This document shows positions 55,415 to 64,000 of a DNA stretch of 64,000 nucleotides, piece by piece. Source of the stretch: Macrostomum hystrix (Eukaryota > Animalia > Platyhelminthes); NCBI GenBank assembly GCA_950097015.1, contig CATNEN010000031.1, positions 1,798,001 to 1,862,000 on the forward strand, written 5' to 3'. Made by a program: the position numbers and the translations under genes. Every line of letters starts with the position of its first letter. The stretch's first letter is position 1. Under the pieces are notes generated by a model. It had not been told where the DNA came from and made no database searches. It was given only the letters and a program-made list of their open reading frames with translations.

Positions 55415-58400
55415 CTATCGCGTTGCTGCGTACTCGGCGCAGCAGCAGACGTAGCCGTTGGACGCGTGGCGCTGGTGCATATCTTTCGATGCACACTCAT
55501 GGTGCAGCCATGAATCACAAAGATCACATTGCAGCCAAGTTCCAGTCGCACTGGGTTCAGCTTCATGACAGCGAACGCACGAGTTGGTGGATTCTTCATT
55601 TTCTCTTTCCAAGTCTTTCCAGATGCAGATTCGAGCTCTGTTAAGAAATCCCTCCGTCGTTGGAAAGCACAAAGCTCGGAACTCGGTATCAACGGATGTT
55701 ACTAGAACTTTCGCGTACAGACAGACAAATACACCACAGCTATGACCATCAAACTGCAATGATCTCAACATTGATTTATTTTTATACGTACCTAAAATTT
55801 CTGGCATGTCTTCGCGAATACTGGCGGTGCTTTGGATTAGGTTTTGCCATAGTTTTATAAAATGTTTTGGTATCGACTTATCTGAGATAGGTTTTGTGTC
55901 TAGGACAGCTAATTCTTTGCGTGTTGTGTCAATATAGACTAAGTAGAAGTGGTCGTTCTGAAGGATCGGACAGATCAAACGGGTGCATTTGTTTGAAACT
56001 GTCGCTCTTAGCATTTCAATTGCAGCGCTCGAATCTCCTTTGCGAATGCAGCTAAAGAAGCTAGATGGTAGGTGGCCCGCTTTGCTGTTTGGGTTGCATA
56101 CGCAAAGTAGATGTATGAATGAATTTACTACTCCGACAGAAAGCCACTTTCCGGGTTCCAATGATTGTCTATCAAACTCAGTTAGGAAATCTCCAGCGCG
56201 GGTGCACCACACCTGTTCCCGTTCTGCTGTGCCTTGCTGCTTTCTATTCTTTGTCGCTGATTCTGTTCTCTGTCGCTTGTACTTTGAACGACTAACCCGC
56301 TCGGCCCTTCGCCACTCCTCGCGAGAAAAAGAAATATCTTCGTGCTTTCTCTTCCTTCCAGATAAAGTTGCTTTTCCCACTTTGTTGATTATGTCAAAGG
56401 CTGTTAATCTTGTTTTTAAATATTTTAACCGTCCGCAAATAAAACTCGACACGTTCACCCTGGAAGCCTTGCCGAACCTTGTTTTTCGAGATTTAACGTC
56501 AGAAAAGTACGATTCTACATAAGAGTTTGAAAACCAACTTTTATTCTTTCTGAAGCTCTTGATACTCCCGATGAAATGGCAGAACAATGGAGCTAAACTA
56601 CACCAGTGCTTCAGCAAGTAAACCAGAAGTTTTGGTGAGTAATAGCTTTTAAATGGCCCGGCTGGCTCGTCGGTTGCATCAATACTTGCCTGTCGGGACT
56701 TAAAAAGAAAAATGTACGGAGAGCTTTCGCGCAGAGAAGCAAATCGAGAACTTTCGGCCTGCTCTTCCTTATTGTTATTTATTTCATCGTCGTTGTAGAG
56801 CAAATATTCTTCGTCCACGGGCTCAGTTTCCCAATTGTTAATCGCTGATCTTAATTCTTTCGGATCTCGCTGCCCTAAAAATGTATCTACAGTCAGACTC
56901 AAGGTAGTTTCAAACGCTTCAAAAGTCTCCTGATGCAATAAAAAAACGAATGCGCTAATAAATAATTCCCGCATAGCTTTACCTTCCGCAGTTTTAGACT
57001 TTAGTTGTATGCCATTAATGAACGCACGGATTACGTGATTTGTGCAAATGAATGGAATCGTGTACTTGATTTGTTTCCCCATGCGTAACGCACAATGCGT
57101 ATCAATAAGGTATTGCTCTAAGCTAGTGCCAAATGACTGGCATACCGAATGTAACATAGCCCAAGAGAAGTCCGTGACGATGACAGCGGGTAAATAGTCA
57201 TGCGACATAATTGTACTGCTTGCTAGTGTGCCCAAATCTGCGCGGACAGAAAACAAAAAGTGTTGGATTGATTTGGTCCTATGCTCACTTGTTATCATTT
57301 CGGCCACAGGCACACCACGCGTCTGACCGTTATCGGAGGGCATTGTCAGCGAGTAAAGAAATATTTGGCTACCTGCGAAATTCATTCTCTTGAAAATGCT
57401 TCCAGTGGCATCTAGATGTAAAACACACTGCGGCCTACTTGTAACAAGTCTAAGCTGTCTTTCGAGGTACAGATGTACATGAAATGGATGGCGAGACACA
57501 GCTTGAATGTATCCGCGTATACTCTTACTCTCTGTGTCTGTTTCGCTCAGTATTCGTTGCAAAGCAGCAATTTCGACTTCAACATTTTTATGCAGCCGTT
57601 CTTCTGCGGCCACCAACCGCTTCGCGTTTACCCGCCGAATGGCATCCAAATTTTTCGATCGAGAAAAATCATTTTCCTTTATCTCTTTATCTGTCATTTC
57701 CGAGAGTAGTCTATCATGTACATCAGTTGGTGCTTCAGTTTCAAGTAGTTTTGCTATCCTTTCTGATTCTAATGGCGTCATTCTAGACATCGTTGGATGA
57801 TTATGATTCTTCTCACCTTTAGAATTAACAACTACCTCCACAGGCTCATTTTCAGTTGGAAAATCTATAATTCTAAAATCGTGTACTATTTTGCATGCGG
57901 GATGCTGGCATAATGCGACCTGTTTTACGAAATATTTTGGCTTTAGTGCTCTGAGATTTGGAAAGTTCACATATCGATTTTTAAATTTTAGAACACAGTT
58001 ACTTGCTTCCACATTCAAAGAGCAATATTGTCGATAATTTTCACGAATGCAGTTTAGCCACCAAAGAGCGGTTCTCTGACATATCGAATGCATTTTTTCT
58101 CCCCGCCTGATAAAAAAGTTACTTTTCCACTGTCTCCAAGCTATTCGAAAATGAAAAATTAAATTAGTCATTGATTCGCTTTCACCACTCTCGAAATCAG
58201 CACCAACTTCAGCATTAGTAAAATCCCTTACTTCTGAATCATCACTCCCAGCATCATCACTCCCAGAAGCACTCATATCATCACTCCCAGCATCATCACT
58301 CACAGCATCATCTCTCCCAGCATCAACACTCCCAGCGTCATCACTCCCAGCATCAACACTCCCAGCGTCATCACTCCCAGCATCAACACTCCCAGCGTCA

Positions 58401-60001
58401 TCACTCCCAGCTTCAACACTCCCAGCGTCATCACTCCCAGCTTCAACACTCCCAGCGTCATCACTCCCAGCTTCAACACTCCCAGCTTCAACACTCCCAG
58501 CGTCATCACTCCCAGCATCAACACTCCCAGCGTCATCACTCCCAGCATCAACACTCCCAGCGTCATCACTCCCAGCTTCAACACTCCCAGCGTCATCACT
58601 CCCAGCTTCAACACTCCCAGCGTCATCACTCCCAGCATCAACACTCCCAGCGTCATCACTCCCGGCATCAACACTCCCAGCGTCATCACTCCCAGCATCA
58701 ACACTCCCAGCGTCATCACTCTCAGCGTCATCACTCTCAGCGTCATCACTCTCAGCGTCATCACTCCCAGCTTCAACACTCCCAGCATCATTACTCCCAG
58801 AATCACTCATATCATCACCACCAGCATCATCACTTCCACGAGCAGGCCCCACAGAAGCAGCAACAGCACCACGGGCAGGCACAGCAGAAGCAGCAACAGC
58901 ACGACGGGCAGGCACAGCAGAAGCAGCAACAGCACGACGGGCAGGCAGAACAGAAGCAGCAACAGCACGACGGGCAGGCACAGCAGAAGCAGCAACAGCA
59001 CCACGGGCAGGCACAGCAGAAGCAGCAACAGCACCACGGGCAGGCACTGCAGAAGCAGCAACAGCACGACGGGCAGGCACAGCAGAAGCAGCAACAGCAC
59101 CACGGGCAGGCACAGCAGAAGCAGCAACAGCACCACGGGCAGGCACAGCAGAAGCAGCAACAGCACCACGGGCAGGCACAGCAGAAGCAGCAACAGCACG
59201 ACGGGCAGGCAGAACAGAAGCAGCAACAGCACGACGGGCAGGCACAGCAGAAGCAGCAACAGCACCACGGGCAGGCACTGCAGAAGCAGCAACAGCACGA
59301 CGGGCAGGCACAGCAGAAGCAGCAACAGCACCACGGGCAGGCACAGCAGAAGCAGCAACAGCACCAGGGGCAGGCACAGCAGAAGCAGCAACAGCACGAC
59401 GGGCAGGCACACCAGAAGCAGCAACAGCACCAGGGGCAGGCACAGCAGAAGCAGCAACAGCACGACGGGCAGGCACAGCAGAAGCAGCAACAGCACGACG
59501 GGCAGGCACAGCAGAAGCAGCAACAGCACCACGGGCATGCACAGCAGAAGCAGCAACAGCACCACGGGCAGGCACAACAGAAGCAGCAACAGCACGACGG
59601 GCAGGCACAACAGAAGCAGCAACAGCACCACGGGCAGGCACAGCAGAAGCAGCAACAGCACCACGGGCAGGCACAACAGAAGCAGCAACAGCACGACGGG
59701 CAGGCACAACAGAAGCAGCAACAGCACCTCGAGTGGATCTTACGACAGCAGATTTATGATAAGCAGTATTCTTACTTTTCGAAACAGAAGATTTTGACTT
59801 ACCGAATATTTTACGCTGATAATACAGCCAGACAACTCGACGGTTTTCAATAGTGTTCTTTGCTGAAAGCTTGCTCAGAATTTGCCCGCAAGCACCATAG
59901 GGACAGCGAAATGATTTGCGAAGGCACTCATCACTATAGTCTTCAAAATATTCAGGCGACAGTTCAAAAAAGAAATGCGTCGATTGTGGGTTGCTTTGCA
60001 A
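55415..60001 (-). CDS. Putative transposase polyprotein: low-complexity N-terminus, C-x4-C...H-x-H Zn motif, MULE DDE domain, Ulp1/C48 peptidase, PHD finger (up to 1528 aa; start unresolved)
   Basis: HLDATG (D ~57411), VTDFSWA (D ~57171), CTNH (CxxH ~57040), SNSYVES (E ~56514); protease WLSVGVVN, DHFY (H ~55950), LDT (D ~55899), QFDGHSCGVF (C ~55737); PHD C-x2-C...C-x2-C-x4-H-x2-C...C. No stop in 4.6 kb. The ORF-track start is TTG; the first in-frame ATG is at 58810. Confidence 0.88.
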   Translation of the reverse strand: MQSNPQSTHFFFELSPEYFEDYSDECLRKSFRCPYGACGQILSKLSAKNTIENRRVVWLYYQRKIFGKSKSSVSKSKNTAYHKSAVVRSTRGAVAASVVPARRAVAASVVPARGAVAASAVPARGAVAASVVPARRAVAASVVPARGAVAASAVHARGAVAASAVPARRAVAASAVPARRAVAASAVPAPGAVAASGVPARRAVAASAVPAPGAVAASAVPARGAVAASAVPARRAVAASAVPARGAVAASAVPARRAVAASVLPARRAVAASAVPARGAVAASAVPARGAVAASAVPARGAVAASAVPARRAVAASAVPARGAVAASAVPARGAVAASAVPARRAVAASVLPARRAVAASAVPARRAVAASAVPARGAVAASVGPARGSDDAGGDDMSDSGSNDAGSVEAGSDDAESDDAESDDAESDDAGSVDAGSDDAGSVDAGSDDAGSVDAGSDDAGSVEAGSDDAGSVEAGSDDAGSVDAGSDDAGSVDAGSDDAGSVEAGSVEAGSDDAGSVEAGSDDAGSVEAGSDDAGSVDAGSDDAGSVDAGSDDAGSVDAGRDDAVSDDAGSDDMSASGSDDAGSDDSEVRDFTNAEVGADFESGESESMTNLIFHFRIAWRQWKSNFFIRRGEKMHSICQRTALWWLNCIRENYRQYCSLNVEASNCVLKFKNRYVNFPNLRALKPKYFVKQVALCQHPACKIVHDFRIIDFPTENEPVEVVVNSKGEKNHNHPTMSRMTPLESERIAKLLETEAPTDVHDRLLSEMTDKEIKENDFSRSKNLDAIRRVNAKRLVAAEERLHKNVEVEIAALQRILSETDTESKSIRGYIQAVSRHPFHVHLYLERQLRLVTSRPQCVLHLDATGSIFKRMNFAGSQIFLYSLTMPSDNGQTRGVPVAEMITSEHRTKSIQHFLFSVRADLGTLASSTIMSHDYLPAVIVTDFSWAMLHSVCQSFGTSLEQYLIDTHCALRMGKQIKYTIPFICTNHVIRAFINGIQLKSKTAEGKAMRELFISAFVFLLHQETFEAFETTLSLTVDTFLGQRDPKELRSAINNWETEPVDEEYLLYNDDEINNNKEEQAESSRFASLRESSPYIFLFKSRQASIDATDEPAGPFKSYYSPKLLVYLLKHWCSLAPLFCHFIGSIKSFRKNKSWFSNSYVESYFSDVKSRKTRFGKASRVNVSSFICGRLKYLKTRLTAFDIINKVGKATLSGRKRKHEDISFSREEWRRAERVSRSKYKRQRTESATKNRKQQGTAEREQVWCTRAGDFLTEFDRQSLEPGKWLSVGVVNSFIHLLCVCNPNSKAGHLPSSFFSCIRKGDSSAAIEMLRATVSNKCTRLICPILQNDHFYLVYIDTTRKELAVLDTKPISDKSIPKHFIKLWQNLIQSTASIREDMPEILGTYKNKSMLRSLQFDGHSCGVFVCLYAKVLVTSVDTEFRALCFPTTEGFLNRARICIWKDLERENEESTNSCVRCHEAEPSATGTWLQCDLCDSWLHHECASKDMHQRHASNGYVCCCAEYAATR
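58242..58810. repeat. In-frame 15/30-bp coding repeat (DDAGS / VDAGS) inside the transposase ORF
   Basis: Direct reading and translation. Confidence 0.92.
58826..59729. repeat. In-frame 33-bp coding repeat (AVAASAVPAR[G/R]), ~27 copies, inside the transposase ORF
   Basis: Period 33; the reading frame is preserved throughout. Confidence 0.94.
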
Positions 60002-60613
60002 ATGCAGAAAATTGAAAGTAAAGCAATGATGCGAAGACTGAAAATCATGGTTAAAAATACGCTCGTATATTGATATACTAGCAGACGATTGAAATCAGCT
60101 TTTCTGAAGGCTTTATACTCGAGAATTTATGCATGGCTTGTTCGGATAGGGATATGAGATAGCAAGCAAAAAGCATATAAAGCAGCTGATTGGATAGCCC
60201 AGCTACTAGTGTAAAACAGAGCACGGTACACACCCAAGTACACTTATTTTGTCAGGCATTAAATTAGCAATAAAGCATAAGGACAAAGCACTAATAACTA
60301 AATGCAATAGAGGATAAGCAATCGACACTATAAAATTCGAAGCAACATGCACACATGAGGCTTGAAATCTCAACACTCAACTTCAAACGCTAAAGCCTCA
60401 AAAGCCGACAAACATAAGAGGGCATTAGTACTTCAAAGAATAAAAAACAATAGCAAAAACCAGATCCAACATGCAAAATAAAGACCTATGTGCACGACAA
60501 GGCAAAAAATTATCCTGCATTACCAATTGCGCAATACATCTCAACACTTCACGCAACTCAACGCTGACAATACGCAGGCATCTCAGAGTGAGGGTGTTGT
60601 ATTGTGCCCACTA

Positions 60614-63600
60614 TAAAATGGGAGATATCAGAGTGGGGGGGACTCGAGGGTCTACAACTCCGAAACGCGACTAGTTAGGGCTCTGAAATTTTACAGCCGT
60701 GTTCACAGATAATGTTTCCTTCCAGATCTGAGTTTTCAGCCTCGTCTGACCACCAGATTCAGTGAGGTGACGAAAAGTACTTTTAAAATGGGAGATATCA
60801 GAGTGGGGGGGACTCGAGGGTCTACAACTCCGAGACGCGACTAGTCAGGGCTCTGAAATTTTACAGCCGTGTTCACAGATAATGTTTCCTTCCAGATCTG
60901 AGTTTTCAGCCTCGTCTGACCACCAGATTCAGTGAGGTGACGAAAAGTACTTTTAAAATGGGAGATATCAGAGTGGGGGGGGACTCGAGGGTCTACAACT
61001 CCGAGACGCGACTAGTCAGGTCTCTGAAATTTTACAGCCGTGTTCACAGATAATGTTTCCTTCCAGATCTGAGTTGTCAGCCTCGTCTGACCACCAGATT
61101 CAGTGAGGTGACGAAAAGTACTTTTAAAATGGGAGATATCAGAGTGGGGGGGACTCGAGGGTCTACAACTCCGAGACGCGACTAGTTAGGGCTCTGAAAT
61201 TTTACAGCCGTGTTCACAGATAATGTTTCCTTCCAGATCTGAGTTTTCAGCCTCGTCTGACCACCAGATTCAGTGAGGTGACGAAAAGTACTTTTAAAAT
61301 GGGAGATATCAGAGTGGGGGGGACTCGAGGGTCTACAACTCCGAGACGCGACTAGTCGGGGCTCTGAAATTTTACAGCCGTGTTCACAGATAATGTTTCC
61401 TTCCAGATCTGAGATTTCAGCTTTTTTTGACCACCAGATTCAGTGAGGTGACGAAAAGTACTTTTAAAATGGGAGATATCAGAGTGGGGGGGACTCGAGG
61501 GTCTACAACTCCGAGACGCGACTAGTCAGGGCTCTGAAATTTTACAGCCGTGTTCACAGATAATGTTTCCTTCCAGATCTGAGTTTTCAGCTTTTTTTGA
61601 CCACCAGATTCAGTGAGGTGACGAAAAGTACTTTTAAAATGGGAGATATCAGAGTGGGGGGGACTCGAGGGTCTACAACTCCGAGACGCGACTAGTTAGG
61701 GCTCTGAAATTTTACAGCCGTGTTCACAGATAATGTTTCCTTCCAGATCTGAGTTTTCAGCCTCGTCTGACCACCAGATTCAGTGAGGTGACGAAAAGTA
61801 CTTTTAAAATGGGAGATATCAGAGTGGGGGGGACTCGAGGGTCTACAACTTCGAGACGCGACTAGTCAGGGCTCTGAAATTTTACAGCCGTATTCACAGA
61901 TAATGTTTCCTTCCAGATTTAAGTTTTCAGCCTCGTCTGACCACCAGATTCAGTGAGGTGACGAAAAGTACTTTTAAAATGGGAGATATCAGAGTGGGGG
62001 GGACTCGAGGGTCTACAACTCCGAGACGCGACTAGTCAGGGCTCTGAAATTTTACAGCCGTGTTCACAGATAATGTTTCCTTCCAGATCTGAGATTTCAG
62101 CTTTTTTTGACCACCAGATTCAGTGAGGTGACGAAAAGTACTTTTAAAATGGGAGATATCAGAGTGGGGGGGACTCGAGGGTCTACAACTCCGAGACGCG
62201 ACTAGTCAGGGCTCTGAAATTTTACAGCCGTGTTCACAGATAATGTTTCCTTCCAGATTTGAGTTTTCAGCCTCGTCTGACCACCAGATTCAGTGAGGTG
62301 ACGAAAAGTACTTTTAAAATGGGAGATATCAGAGTGGGGGGGACTCGAGGGTCTACAACTCCGAGACGCGACTAGTCAGGGCTCTGAAATTTTACAGCCG
62401 TGTTCACAGATAATGTTTCCTTCCAGATCTGAGTTTTCAGCCTCGTCTGACCACCAGATTCAGTGAGGTGACGAAAAGTACTTTTAAAATGGGAGATATC
62501 AGAGTGGGGGGGACTCGAGGGTCTACAACTCCGAGACGCGACTAGTCGGGGCTCTGAAATTTTACAGCCGTGTTCACAGATAATGTTTCCTTCCAGATCT
62601 GAGTTTTCAGCTTTTTTTGACCACCAGATTCAGTGAGGTGACGAAAAGTACTTTTAAAATGGGAGATATCAGAGTGGGGGGGACTCGAGGGTCTACAACT
62701 TCGAGACGCGACTAGTTAGGGCTCTGAAATTTTACAGCCGTGTTCACAGATAATGTTTCCTTCCAGATCTGAGTTTTCAGCCTCGTCTGACCACCAGATT
62801 CAGTGAGGTGACGAAAAGTACTTTTAAAATGGGAGATATCAGAGTGGGGGGGACTCGAGGGTCTACAACTCCGAGACGCGACTAGTCAGGTCTCTGAAAT
62901 TTTACAGCCGTGTTCACAGATAATGTTTCCTTCCAGATCTGAGTTGTCAGCCTCGTCTGACCACCAGATTCAGTGAGGTGACGAAAAGTACTTTTAAAAT
63001 GGGAGATATCAGAGTGGGGGGGACTCGAGGGTCTACAACTCCGAGACGCGACTAGTCAGGGCTCTGAAATTTTACAGCCGTGTTCACAGATAATGTTTCC
63101 TTCCAGATTTGAGTTTTCAGCCTCGTCTGACCACCAGATTCAGTGAGGTGACGAAAAGTACTTTTAAAATGGGAGATATCAGAGTGGGGGGGACTCGAGG
63201 GTCTACAACTCCGAGACGCGACTAGTCAGGGCTCTGAAATTTTACAGCCGTGTTCACAGATAATGTTTCCTTCCAGATCTGAGTTTTCAGCCTCGTCTGA
63301 CCACCAGATTCAGTGAGGTGACGAAAAGTACTTTTAAAATGGGAGATATCAGAGTGGGGGGGACTCGAGGGTCTACAACTCCGAGACGCGACTAGTCGGG
63401 GCTCTGAAATTTTACAGCCGTGTTCACAGATAATGTTTCCTTCCAGATCTGAGTTTTCAGCTTTTTTTGACCACCAGATTCAGTGAGGTGACGAAAAGTA
63501 CTTTTAAAATGGGAGATATCAGAGTGGGGGGGACTCGAGGGTCTACAACTCCGAGACGCGACTAGTCAGGGCTCTGAAATTTTACAGCCGTGTTCACAGA

Positions 63601-64000
63601 TATTGTTTCCTTCCAGATCTGAGTTTTCAGCTTTTTTTGACCACCAGATTCAGTGAGGTGACGAAAAGTACTTTTAAAATGGGAGATATCAGAGTGGGGG
63701 GGACTCGAGGGTCTACAACTCCGAGACGCGACTAGTCAGGGCTCTGAAATTTTACAGCCGTGTTCACAGATAATGTTTCCTTCCAGATCTGAGATTTCAG
63801 CTTTTTTTGACCACCAGATTCAGTGAGGTGACGAAAAGTACTTTAAAAATGGGAGATATCAGAGTGGGGGGGACTCGAGGGTCTACAACTTCGAGACGCG
63901 ACTAGTCAGGGCTCTGAAATTTTACAGCCGTATTCACAGATAATGTTTCCTTCCAGATCTGAGTTTTCAGCCTCGTCTGACCACCAGATTCAGTGAGGTG
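60614..64000 (-). repeat. Right arm: the same 170-bp satellite in inverted orientation, at least ~20 monomers, truncated by the window end
   Basis: Monomer is the reverse complement of the left-arm monomer. Confidence 0.98.

Larger units (their letters stand above)
45715..64000 (-). mobile_element. Foldback-type Mutator DNA transposon (NOF/Rehavkus/Phantom-like) with inverted satellite arms; right end outside the window
   Basis: Inverted arrays of one 170-bp monomer flank a 5.7-kb unique core (54932-60613) that encodes a MULE-type transposase-Ulp1-PHD protein. The true termini and TSD cannot be seen. Confidence 0.85.

Noticed and set aside
58300-59727. Leu-rich alternative-frame ORFs (168 and 306 aa) inside the element
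   Set aside because: Shadow frames of the in-frame coding repeats of the main ORF.
45715-64000. 170-bp arrays as a CRISPR array or tandem RNA genes
   Set aside because: There are no unique spacers (whole monomers repeat), no cas genes, the context is eukaryotic, and no tRNA/5S/snRNA motif is recognisable in the monomer.

Overview
Eukaryotic (animal) genomic DNA with GT-AG introns. The GC-rich exons with Gly/Ala/Gln runs and minisatellite-packed introns resemble the flatworm Macrostomum (inference only). The left 45 kb holds five co-oriented minus-strand genes, whose exons I assembled by hand with consistent splice phases: a CAP/SCP (GAPR-1-like) gene running off the left edge, a myristoylated SH3-SH2 Src-related tyrosine kinase, a discoidin domain receptor (DDR), an ankyrin-repeat plus STE11/MEKK-like kinase, and RCC1. 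They are interspersed with many minisatellites, eight copies of one tRNA-headed SINE, a second SINE family and two decayed LINE fragments. The right 18 kb is the most striking structure: a Foldback-type Mutator element (NOF/Rehavkus/Phantom-like). It has one intact 4.6-kb ORF (WRKY/GCM1-like Zn motif, MULE DDE transposase, Ulp1/C48 protease, PHD finger) flanked by two inverted arrays of one 170-bp satellite. The left arm has about 54 copies (9.2 kb); the right has at least 20 and runs past the window end. The arms show higher-order block duplications and share rare variant haplotypes in shuffled order. Second highlight: the DDR signal-peptide exon, with its splice donor and adjacent SINE, is duplicated almost perfectly in inverted orientation 6 kb away, inside the last intron of the ankyrin-kinase gene.
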